Part shown: one piece after another, positions 31,057 through 42,348 of the stretch
Layout: each line of letters begins with the position of its first letter
How positions within the stretch are numbered: the stretch's first letter is position 1
From: Acanthaster planci
Taxonomy: Eukaryota
Reading direction: 5' to 3'
Assembly (NCBI RefSeq): GCF_001949145.1
Contig: NW_019091356.1
Coordinates: 3,516,934 to 3,580,933 of the forward strand
Length of the DNA stretch: 64,000 bases
Translations under genes and position numbers: made by a program
The notes under the pieces: generated by a model
What the model saw: the letters and a program-made list of their open reading frames with translations, nothing else
Database searches by the model: none
Told to the model about the DNA's origin: nothing

Positions 31057-34000
31057 ATGGATTTGTATCAGGCAGCTGATGATGAAATGGAGACAGACGG
31101 GTCAACCGATCCGGATCAGACTGGTTTAGTCCAGCATGATGGGAATGGATCCAGTTTGGACCAGCTGAAGAGCGAGCAGGCCCGACTGTTGCAACATCTT
31201 CACAGCTCCGACAGTTTCACATCTCTTGGAGGTTGGGATTAGGTGTTGCCCAAAACACCAAATCTTTTTCAAGTTTCTTTGCTCGTAATCCATGCATCCA
31301 TCGTCAGTCGTGATATTAAGATGTAAACGTGTAGTTCAAAGTTGTTTGTGTGTTGCAACACAGGAGGGTGTTCCGTCTGATGATGTAATTTTTCATGTTT
31401 ATCCTGATTAAGGAGGGACTGGCCACGTGGCAAATCCAGAACCGAATGGTGCTGTGGGAGGTGGTGCATCACCTGAAGAGCAGCAGGCCACAAGTCAGGC
31501 GGCTGCTCTCAGTGAGACCACCGTGGTCTCCCCGACAGGGCTATCGATGCCTGGGCTGCAGCCGTTCCCTCCAGCCAAGAACCAGCTGCCCAGCAGCTGG
31601 AGTGACTGCACGCTGTCGCCCGACGTGCCCTTCTGCCTGGTCATGCTCAACAAGCAGAGCTGGGAGTTCCAAAGCATCCTGGCCGAGTTCACCGCCGCCG
31701 ACCTGACGGTGAAGAAGATCGAGCGGGTGGAGAACCGCGACCTCTGGGACAAGTTCCAGTTTGAGCGGACTCGGATGCTGAAGAACCGAGCAGGTGGGCG
31801 TGGCTGTGAGGACGGGGGAAGTGGATAGGAGGAAGGGAAACGATGACAGAAATGGGAGAACAGAGAAGAAAGATGGGGTGGGAAAAGGACCACAAACAGG
31901 TGGATAGAAGACTCACAAAGATCTAAACAAGTGGGTGTGGCTGCATGGGTAGGGAAAGAACAGTGATTAACCCTAACAGTCCCAAATCCTCCAATTTCAA
32001 TACAATTTTACATACACCTTAGGGGGTTAGGGTTAAGATAGAAAGAGAGAAATACGAAAAAAAGATATGGTGTTAAAGAGGACCTGGGAAACTCAAAGGC
32101 AGAGGGACAAAGTAAAAAACCGAAAGCAGAGAACCAGGTTGCCACCTCACATTAAATCACAGTTCCATCTTGTATTGATAGAGGTAAATGAGGTGTACCT
32201 ATTCCATGGAACGACGGCCGACAAGGAGCAGATCTGTCATGAGGGGCTGGACCAGCGACTGAGCAGGATCGGGTACTTTGGACGAGGCATCTACTTCAGG
32301 TGAGCACGTTGCCGAGGTGTTGGGAAGCCGTCGTTCCCATTCATGCCATTCAATCAGCACAAAAAATTGCTCCCCAAAACAGAAAAATTTTCTGACCTAC
32401 TGACCGAACCGATTGTGTCATCGGAAGCACAACTATTTTTGTGGCCAAATAAAAGACTGCATGCATGCAGAAGGCTTAAGTTAAATAACCATAATAATTG
32501 GGGATTCCGAGAAATCTTGGGCAAGTGTTGATCCGATTCGGGAAAACAAATTTATGGCATGGCCTGCCCGATCGGGCAAGCTAAAGAAAATTCAGCGTGG
32601 CCCAAGTCCGGTTGAGTGTAGGCCGGCGAACACGTACGGTAGGCTTGAACATGAATAGTACGCTTAGTCTCAGCATAATTGCTTGCATAATGCTTGCGTT
32701 ATATAAATTGGTGCAACCTCAAACCTGACACACTGGATGCCTTGATGAGGGTTGCTGCGGAAGGTCCTCCAAGAAGTGTGTTTGATTTCCATCGGGCATT
32801 CAAACTGTGGTCTGGTGAAAAACCCAGAATTCTTCTTGGTACATGTATCTGAATCATTCATACATGTATGTGTATGTATTCTTCACATGTGCTTACCTTG
32901 GAAATAATTTCCAGCAAAATGTATGAAATATGAGATGTATTCCAACAAACGTTTGAAATCTGAGATGTACAGGATGTGGTTTTTACTAAATGTTAGTCGT
33001 TTACAATAATCGATCCATTTGAAAAGGAGTTCACAAAAACTGGAAGGAATCAGAGTGAATGACATGTTTTTTTGGTTTGTCTTTATTTTCAAACAACTTT
33101 GGCCCCAAAAATACATAATGTTGGCTCATAAATTTGTAGGATGGCTATAAAAATCAAACATTTGGCGACAACTTTGGCTATTAATTGAAGTTTTCCAGCT
33201 GAAACCCTAGACAGGGAGAGAGACTGCCAGACAACCCAGCTGCTGTCCTCCACTTCCGGTGACCGTGTCACCCCGGTTGGAATCCTGCTTAGTGAAAGAT
33301 ACGCGCGGCATTCTTTAGTTCAGTCTTGGTCGTGATGGGGTTATCGTCAAAATGAAATGTTTCAAATTTCTCCTGCCATGCTTAGACTGACGATATCATA
33401 AGTATATGTGCTTCTCCAATGGAACACTGCTCTCCCTCCCGAGACAGTGTCCAAATCGACTGGTTGTGGCTAGCAGCAGCACAGGCATCTATGGGATGTG
33501 GCTTCAGTTGCAGCCACTAGCCAAAACACCCACACAGTGGCTGCATCATGCTCCCCCAGCGCCCCGGCAGAACATTTCAGCCCCTGTGACAAAGTTTATG
33601 TATTTTCTCTCTTTTCTTTTCTTTTCTTTCAGCAATGACCCCAGGAAGTGTGTGTCCTACACCCAGGGTGACAAGGGCAGTGGACAGCCCTTACCGCAGA
33701 TGACCTGCACCATCTACAAATGCCGAGCCTTGATGGGAAACATGAAGGTTGGTTGCACTGGTGATTTTGTCCAGCTCAGAACAAACCAAAACAGTGTCCA
33801 ACATTGTTCGAAATTGTTTCGAATTTCTCACCCCCAAAAATGCACCTTTTCAAAAACAAAAAAGTAGAAAAGCCTTTTAGTGTTGATCTTCCCTGTCTGT
33901 GGAGAGATTGTGTTCTCTTGATGCCCCTTGACTTTTGGGGCTTTTTTCTCTGTTTTGCAAGGTCTATCCTAATGGACAGCACGCCAAGGATCTCAAGAGA

Positions 34001-35770
34001 GAACCAGAAGTGGAAAATCCTGAGCCAGGGGGCCCAAAGTACTATGATTCAGTCAAGGTAACGCGCAACTTTTTTTCTTTATGCCTTGGGGGAAATGCGT
34101 CGGACCGCCATCCAGGTTAAGTTCCAAATTGAATTTTTTTGTTGAGAGGAGTAAAGTTAGCTGGAGAATTAGTTTTCTTCGGAAAACTTCAGTGTTCAGG
34201 TGGCTTTAAAATTCTTTTAGAAAGGTTTTGCTAATTGTCAATGAAATTCTCAGAAAGTACTGCTCAGTTTAAAAGACTTTGTTTCGAGACTGCTGGGGTT
34301 GACAAATTTTTGTATTCATTCTGTAATGATGATTGAGAATCAAAACCTACAACAGTAGAGAAATAAGACTTTTAGTTTCAGGAAAGATATAAAAACCCAA
34401 CGTATTTGGAACACGCCATTATATAAACATTGATTTTCTTGTAGGGTCACGTCAAGGAGTACGATGAATTCATTTTGTACAAGAGTGAGCGGGTAATGCC
34501 AGAGTATGTCATCTCCTGCTTCATGCCGATGACGTCTTCCAGCCAAGGTTCTGTGACTCTGCCTGCAGTCACCCCACTGACGAATCACGGGGGTGGAGCC
34601 AATATGGTTTTGTACGGAGGCTTGGACCAGGAGGAGGTGAACGCTGAACTTGCCGCGGGAGTGTTGAGTACACATTCCAATAAGGGACTGTCCAAAGGAA
34701 CCGACGATGGGGAAATCAGTGCTGAACTTGCTGCCGGTGCACTGGGACTGCCGAAAGGGACTGTCGCAAGGCAGACAGAAAAGAAGGCGGAAGATGATGA
34801 TGTCAGCTTGGAACTGAGAGCTGAGGCGTCGGAGAGGCCTCGGGCAGAAGAGGTTACGGAAGACAGCCATCCCGAGCTGGAGGGAGAAGGACGGAAGGCA
34901 GACAGCCATCTGGAGCTGAGGGAGGATGGAGATGTGTACGAGCAGCTGCATCAAAGGGAGATCCTGGATGCCATCAGAGCACGGGAGAGACGAGAGAAGG
35001 AGCAGCTGGAGAGGTTCCTGGAGTTTGAGAGGCAAAAGGGACCAAGGGATGCAGGACGGAAGGAGTGGGCCAGAGAGGAACCCCACAGCATCACCATAAA
35101 CCAATTACAGGATGAGGAAGTCTCAGCAGAATTGTCAGTGGGAGGGACAGACACCACCGATGCCGAGCGCGAACAGAAGCAACCTGCCCTGCAGAGGCCC
35201 ACACAACTTTTGAAATCCAGTGAGCCGATTATCACAGTGAACCCGTTGGAAGAGGAGCCCCGGAGGTACAAGAAGGAGACCATCGCCCCCGAGTTCCTCC
35301 CCACGGTCTTGGAGGTGCGGGAGCGGGTGCAGAAGGCACGGCTCAAGGAGAAAGAGATGGAGGGCAAGACAAAACAGACCCAAGGCGCCTCCACCACCTC
35401 AGAGCGCAAGACGCCACGCTGGGTCCATGAGAGAGATGCCCCGGCCTGGACCCCGCGGGAGTATGCAGAGCAACAGAAACTGATCGGCAAGGTCAGGGAG
35501 AAAGTCCGGGCGGACCGCAAGGCCGAGGAACAGGAAAGGGAGCGACAGAGGAGGTCCGGAAAGGAGGGGAGGTCCCAGAAGACGACGGACAACTCGTTGT
35601 CACCTCAGTGGAAGGGACAGGAGGATGATGGAGTTGGAGAAGTCATGGACGTTCTCATTGTGCAGTTCATGGAAGTGACAGCGTGCGACGATATCACAGA
35701 GGCCAGGGAATTCATCCAGAAGGCAAACATGGACGTCAATACAGCCATCATCAGTTACCTCAGTGGCTGA
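31057..35770 (+). CDS. PARP (ARTD) catalytic-domain protein with H-Y-E triad, long charged low-complexity region and C-terminal UBA-like domain (about 736 aa from ATG 31057)
   Basis: Exons 31057-31231, 31413-31793, 32182-32299 (NEVYLFHGT..GLDQRLSRIGYFGRGIYFS), 33633-33747 (RKCVSYT..KCRALMG), 33962-34057 (YYDSVK) and 34445-35770 (YDEFILYKSERVMPEYVI ... LIVQFMEVTACDDITEAREFIQKANMDVNTAIISYL*). The true start is uncertain: the frame is open back to the acceptor at 31006, and there is a candidate 33-nt upstream exon at 30699-30731. Confidence 0.88.
31967..32036. mobile_element. TTAA-CCCTAAC TIR mini-element (70 bp) in a PARP-gene intron
   Basis: TTAACCCTAAC ... CCTTAGGGGGTTAGGGTTAA. The right end is close to the reverse complement of the left end of 7567-7789. 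Confidence 0.6.
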
Positions 35771-36478
35771 GCAGTCCATCTGGAGCTGATTTCACAGACC
35801 TGCTAAGTACAGCAAACTGCTAAGCAAATAACTTGCATGTATTTGCTCAGCAAAGCTGGTTACTAACAAGCAAAAATGCAATGTATTGTGTATGCCACAA
35901 CACTAGTTCCCTGCAGATTTTGCTTCCAAGAATTGAAAGTCACCTGCTGTCAGCAACTCTGTCAAAATGGGTTACAAAATAAAACACTCTTGGGGGAAAT
36001 AAATGTAGAAATGAATGACTCATTACAAATGAATTTTTTCACAAAGTGGTAAATTCCTATTGATGAAATTCAAGCTCTGTCCAGTGAAATTTCTGGTGTT
36101 AAAAATGGACAAAATTATTTATATGGCCAACACAGATGAAAGTAATTCTTTACTTGGCAAACATGACTTGCATATCAGTAAATTTTTATGAATAAAAAAT
36201 GTAGTTACCATAAAACCCAAGAATGCAAAACGGAGAGGCGTGTTCATCTGTGTTTCTTGACAATGGCATCATTCCTCGTTAAAAGATGTTTTAAGACAAG
36301 GCAAATCACAGTCCTATAGCCAGCTTGGGAAAGATGTGTGAGCAGTCAAGGAGCTGTGAAGCAGAAACAGAACAGAATGGGGTTTGGGAAGGCATTATGT
36401 ACAGGCCTGTTTCATGTTAATGCTGTTGTAAACTCCAGTTTGTCGAGATTAGGACGCTTTTCGTGGTGGAGGTAGCAA

Positions 36479-36795
36479 GTAAACTAGATAAGTTTGTGGT
36501 AGCAATATGGATATATCTCTTTCTTTGAGTATGTGGTGTTCTGAAAAGAACCGGTGGTACTCAACATTTTGGACAGTATGCTTTCTCTCACTTGGATCCA
36601 GAATTGGCATCCTCTCTACACCTCACTGCCCTCTACACACCATAGAAGCTGCCTGATCACTGAACCCTCTGCAGTCTCCTGGCGACGGACAGAGCACACT
36701 GTCCGAAACGTTGAGTACCACCAGTTCTTTTCAGAACCCCACATACTCAAAAAAGAAATACATCCACGGTGCTACCGCAAACCTATCTAGTTTAC
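36479..36795. mobile_element. Foldback/MITE with long (about 110 bp) inverted arms between the PARP and METTL2 3' ends
   Basis: The arm at 36479-36588 (GTAAACTAGATAAGTTTGTGGTAGCA..TTTGAGTATGTGG.GTTCTGAAAAGAAC.GGTGGTACTCAAC) is mirrored by about 36690-36795. Confidence 0.75.
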
Positions 36796-38014
36796 AAACT
36801 CTAGTTTATTGGGGAAGATTGTTCTAGATTGTCACTAATACTGACCCCAACGCCTGTCTTCATCCCCCTAGCAGTGACAAGTGTTGTACTAAACTACCAC
36901 TGATCTCTGTAAACGTTATTCATGTACAGGAAGATATTTACAGAAATCCGTGGGATCCAATTTTTGTATAGCAACTACCCACCGTAATTTCCATTTATGT
37001 GTAACAAAAAAGCACAAATCATTTTATTGTTGACTTAGAAGATTGATGATGTATTGTGCCATGGGTCTAGCCATTCAGCCAGTGTGCCATTGTATCAAGA
37101 CACGTCTAGTGACATGCATCTCTTTACAAGTAAAAAGCATGCTGAAAATCCTAAAGGAACTTGTAGAGAGAACTTGATAACTTCCCAAGGTGCTGGTATG
37201 AACCAAACTCGTCGCTTTTCCAGGAAGCGACACCAACAATTTTACAGAAAATGTCCATTCTGCAAGATATCTGTACAGCTGTACTTTTGCATATATCTGT
37301 TTCCTGAGAGGCAGTGCTACTCAAAACAATAAGTACTTCGTGCCCCTCCAAATCCCTTGATGATTTTTGTTCATTCTGCATCTAATGTTGCCCCGCTGTT
37401 CTTTTAAAAATGTTTATGGTGATAAACAAAATCGTGTAATGCATTGTTATTTTAATTTCTGCATGTTAGGACTTGCCTCCACAGTTATGTTGATATGTAC
37501 GGGGCTGTTGGACTGCTCTTATTTTGAAATTCTTTAACAATGTACACTGATTGATAAATGATGATAAATTAAATGATAAATGATTGTAGTTCTGCAGTTG
37601 TATTTGTCTTGCCTGCATGCTTTTTTTAATTCCCCATAAAACTTGATTTTGTAAAATACATCGATTAACTAAAAATGCCGTCTGCATGATATAATTGGTG
37701 ATTGTAAAATGGCACTGAAGACATTTAAAAAGGAATCGATGGTGTCAACGTACTGTCATTAAAATATCAACAATGCCAGCAGAGTTGGCCATTCCCACTG
37801 TGTATGCGACAAACCGAAAAGAGTAGTGTGTGTGTATAGTGTAGCATTGCGTAAAGTTTTGGTTAAGCAAGAACTGTCATGTGTTAACCCCATGGAATGT
37901 TGTTGCTCGGTCACAAAAAGTGCCCTCTCTTGTTTAGCACATTAAGTCCACAGTTGCATCAATGTTCTGAAGTGGCACAACTTTCCAAACAACTGCCACG
38001 TATTTCCAGATGAC

Positions 38015-41000
38015 TCATTCTGTTCCCTTGTCCCGGCTGTCTGTCTGTCTGTCGGCCTGCGTCGGCTTTCTGTACTTGCACTGCATCCAGACTCGGTACA
38101 TTGTCAGCTGACGCCCGCGATTCACTTGCAGTCGGTGGTCCACGATGTTCTGCTCCTCCACCAGACCGGCTCCGGTGAAAAGAGTCCGTAACTCGTCTGA
38201 TTCAGACGGGATAAAGACAAGCTGATTCTGAGCGTGGTGATAGCAGCAATTCTCAGCTGAACAGGCTTTTGTAAATGCCTAACAGTGGCGTTATTAGGAA
38301 AGATAAGGCACCATTTCAAAATTCCTGTCGGGTAGGTGTTGGACAGAACGGTCCGACCGATACATTTTTTATTGGTTGGCTATCTCAAGTGGCCAATTCT
38401 AACTGATAAATGCCTTTTTATTGCATTACTCCCAAGCCTGTGTGGTTTCAGTGGAGCAAAACCCCCTCCGTTATTCACTCGACACAAGTCACTGTTATCG
38501 GTCGGATGGCCCCGTCCTATAGTCAACCGATAGCAATTTTGAAATGATGCCAAAGATAGCTCTTGATAAAGTTGTCAGTGACGACTGGGGGACTGAATTC
38601 CGCTGGCAACATCAAGACATTGCTAATATTAGCTCTGCAGAAACTGCACACAGGACAGTATCGAACAGGAACATCGCTGGCTTTACAGAACGGGATCTTT
38701 GAGAAGTCTGCGCCTACATGTACTCACCTTGTGTGAAGAAATATACAAGGGTGCCGTCACCCCTGGCATAGAAGTGGTCTGACAAGCATCGCCCTGCATG
38801 TAAAGAAGTCATTAGCTTCAGCTAGGGGGTTAAACGGAACAGAAGGCTGAGGATGATTGGGAGGGAATGTCAGAAATGGCAGCATAACAACCATGTTTGC
38901 ACAAAACTTCCAAAGTTGTAAATTTGAGTCGAGTTTGGAGGAACGATTTTATAAAAGCAACGCAAGAACAAATAATAAATAAATAATAAATCTCGTTTAT
39001 TTACAAACCTTTCTTGAAGCGTAACTGGGCCATGTCGTACCGCCCGTAGTCTCTCAGCAAGACAAGCCCTCCTGGCTTGAGGTACCTGGCGAGTCTACTC
39101 ACTGACTCCTGCATTCTGAAAATAGAATTTTAGAGCAAGTTTTCGATTTCTTCTTCTCCAAAACCAATCCTTCTAAATAATTTTCAAAAGGGCAATGTAT
39201 CGATCAACTGACACTTAGCAGGTTCTACAAGCTTATGTAAGTTCTTATTTTGAAATGGCCTCCCTCAAGCCGGGGAACCCCCACAAGATGTCACCCCTCC
39301 AAAAGATGCAGCTCTTACTTTTCTGGGTGGATGGCAGACAGCACAAAAATGAGAATAATGATATCTAAACTTCGCTGTGGAAAGGGCATGGCAGCGCTGT
39401 CATCGGTGATGTCATAGACAAAGGCATGGCAGCGTTGTGGATTGTATTCGTGGTGTTGCTAGGAAAACAGACATAGTGTTGCTGCTGTTATTTTGGAATG
39501 TTTAAATGTTCAAAGAGATATTTTCTTTAACCCTAACCGTCCTCAATCCTTCACCTGTTGGAGGACTGAGGAGTGTTAGGGTTAAATCAGTTCTAATAAC
39601 TGATAGAAACATCATTGAATTTTTTTTATTTTAATCTTCAAATTTTTTCCTCTCCAAACTGTTTCATCTTATTACTTTAAGTCTGAACACATTTTCATGA
39701 AATGATGATTTTTATAAAATCTCCCGGTAAAAGGCTTTTTTCTTAAATTTTACCTTCACGATATCGATAGCCACACTGGAGAAGTCACAGCCGTAAACAA
39801 ACAAACCTGGATCACTGTCGAAGAAAGGGGAAACAAAAAAAAAAGGTTAGTTGCATTTTCCCAGAAAAATTACTGCGTTTTCCAACACATGTTAGCCAAT
39901 ACGAACTGATGCACATGGTCGAACTGAACTACACACAAGCACAGGGTACTCACACATTGGTCTGAAGTACCGGAAAAATTGTATTTCCGACTCCACAACC
40001 AACTTCAAGAATCCTGGTCTCTGAATCCCAACCTGGAAACTTTTCCTCAAGTAGTTGGTCTTGTGGCTTAGTCAAACCACTGCTAGTTCTCTCTTCCGCA
40101 ATGTCTTTGATGGGATTTGAGCCTCCGGCTTGGTCTCCGCGATCTTGTGCTGATGATTTCTCAGCAGTGCTGATGGAAACCCGGTCGCTGCGTGGTAAGC
40201 CTGGTAAATCTTCTTCAACATCACCCCCGTCCGGCTGACCATCAAGTGTTGCAGTGACGTTACTGGGTTCACTTGCAGGCATTAACGTTGACAGGTTTTC
40301 CTTGCTTTCCAAGTGCTCAGTTTGTTGGAAATCTGTGGGCAAATTTGGCAGGTCCAGTTCAGTTCCGGGGCCGACTCGTTCTTTCGTGGCTACTGAGCTG
40401 TCCTGCTGAGTGGGTCTTGAGGAAGGTGAAGACGTGGCAAGCTCTGGGAACTCAGTGAACAGCCAGTGGCGATCTTTGAAGAAACGATTCTGATGTTGAG
40501 AGTAGAACCCATCCCACTGACTGCCAGCCTCCCTTTCTAATTTTTCTAGAGGTGTCAAATATAGAGGCAATTGAAAAATATCATGTTGATATTGACTTTT
40601 GTTAATATTTTTGCTTACAAGTCCTAATATACAGGCATTAAGTTTTGGCTTTTGTCACAGAAAAGGACAGTTCTCTGAGAAATGTCTGTAAGCAACCATT
40701 TTGATAATATACCATTACGAGGGTTGAGGAACTTAGTTCTTTGTAACGGTTAGTCTGGTTAGAGGATATTTAGTCCATGTACCTCCAATATCTGGGCTCA
40801 TATACTCGCTAGAATTGACTTCCACTTTCTTCTGCGCTTCACGCATCTGGGCTTCACTCCAAATGACATTATCCCTTAAAACAAAACAAATATAAACTGC
40901 TTGAAACATAACACGACCATATTAACATTGCAAGGGAAAACTTTGACCACACACACTTGTTAGAGACTAAATGGCTGAGCTACACAACTAGAAATGAAAT

Positions 41001-42034
41001 GGAACTCTGATTGTAAAGAAGATCAAACAAACATGAATTAAGGAGCGCCTTGCGTATTGCACCATTGTTTTTAAGTAAAAAGAAAACAAAAGACCAACAA
41101 CCACATGTGCGCTACATGCACTTTGGGACTGAATTCTGGCTTACCAGCAAATAGCTTTATATAGATAGCAACTGGTTCCCAGCCACTGCAGTAATGCTCA
41201 GACTTACCAAAGTTTGTGGTGCACTGACACGCTGTCTGAGCGTCTGCAGGGGAAGGGAACCAGTGAACCCCTTTGAATCCAAGTCATGCTGCAGTGAAAA
41301 TTCAGCAGCTGGCGCAATTTAGAAATCCGATTCATGAGCACTGGATGACTACCTAATTTGTGCGCATTTCTGTTGGAAAAAACTTTGAAAATATATTCGA
41401 AGTCAATTACATGCAGGCCTATAACAATTATTATAACGTGTTGGTGTTGTGGTGCAAGGTAAGTTATATCATGGAGGAATTCCTACCCCCATGGTTATAT
41501 ACACTGCATACAGGGACACACAAGACCACATTAGGGCCTATACATGATGTGTGGCAAGTGTAAATTTACATGACAACTGATGACAACATCTTGACAATAA
41601 ATGCTAACTTGATTCTACCTCCATGGTTGAAACTTGGTTGGGACTTATGCTATAGTTGGGGCGTAACAACGTTACTGCTTTAAGATGGATAATAGGTAAC
41701 TGCTGGGAAAAATTATTTCCTTGCAATTAGATAAACAAGACTAACGACTGCGATCAGGTATGTCAGGTGGCGATAGACACTGTAATTTGATGCAACTGCA
41801 ATGTCATTTGAAAAAAATGAGGACACTAACTTACGTCATAATTGACACTAAATGACAGACTTGACATGTCATGTTTGAGAATGCTGTAAGAGTGATTACG
41901 TGGAAATGGGGTCAGCGAAGATTTGAAGGCGGATCTTACCAAGCATTGTGTTGAAAGACTTTGTCGGCATCAGTGAGAAATCTGTTGCCAAACTGCGGCC
42001 TCTTGTCATTTTCTGCTGCACACGTGTGGGACAT
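38015..42034 (-). CDS. METTL2: tRNA N3-methylcytidine (m3C32) methyltransferase METTL2
   Basis: Exons 42034-41940 ([18 protein letters not shown]), 40874-40783 (DNVIWSE), 40545-39954 ([40 protein letters not shown]), 39814-39754 (FVYGCDFS), 39458-39319 (IFVLSAIHP), 39115-39009 ([19 protein letters not shown]), 38793-38728 ([10 protein letters not shown]) and 38196-38015 ([21 protein letters not shown]). Confidence 0.96.
38307..38551. mobile_element. MITE (PIF/Harbinger-like termini) in the last METTL2 intron
   Basis: GGCACCATTTCAAAATT ... AATTTTGAAATGATGCC, with internal CGACCGATA / TATCGGTCG and a left flank of TAA. Confidence 0.6.
39527..39585. mobile_element. TTAA-CCCTAAC near-palindromic mini-element in a METTL2 intron
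   Basis: TTAACCCTAAC.. TCCTCA.TCCT ... AGGA.TGAGGA ..GTTAGGGTTAA folds back over almost its whole length. Confidence 0.55.
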
Positions 42035-42348
42035 CTTCCGATCTTGGAAAATTTCACCAATTACATGTATATATATTGAAGCGCGCCCTCTTTTGTTTAT
42101 CGTGGCAGAATAAGTACGCGCCTTTTTGGGCGTGAAATTAAGCTATTCATTATTCCTGTAAAAGATAACATTATGGCGCTGCCGATTTTTTTATTCTTTG
42201 ATGTTTTGTGAATTTTTTGGGCGAACTCTGTAGCCCAACAGGTCTCCATTGTATTTTTCTGTGGAAACATTCGAGGAGGAAAATTTTCTTGCAATCAAAG
42301 AACGAAATACAACTAATTTTCTGTGATTTTGTTGAAGTCGACGAGAGC
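42035..42348. promoter_or_regulatory. Compact bidirectional promoter shared by METTL2 and RBM45
   Basis: The divergent ATGs are separated by only 314 bp. The interval contains GCGCGCC, ACGCGCC and TTTTGGGCG (E2F-like) motifs and ATGGCG (YY1-like). Confidence 0.7.

Noticed and set aside
34340..35592. Long minus-strand ORFs (254 aa and 213 aa)
   Set aside because: They are antisense shadows of the large PARP terminal exon and have no recognisable motifs.
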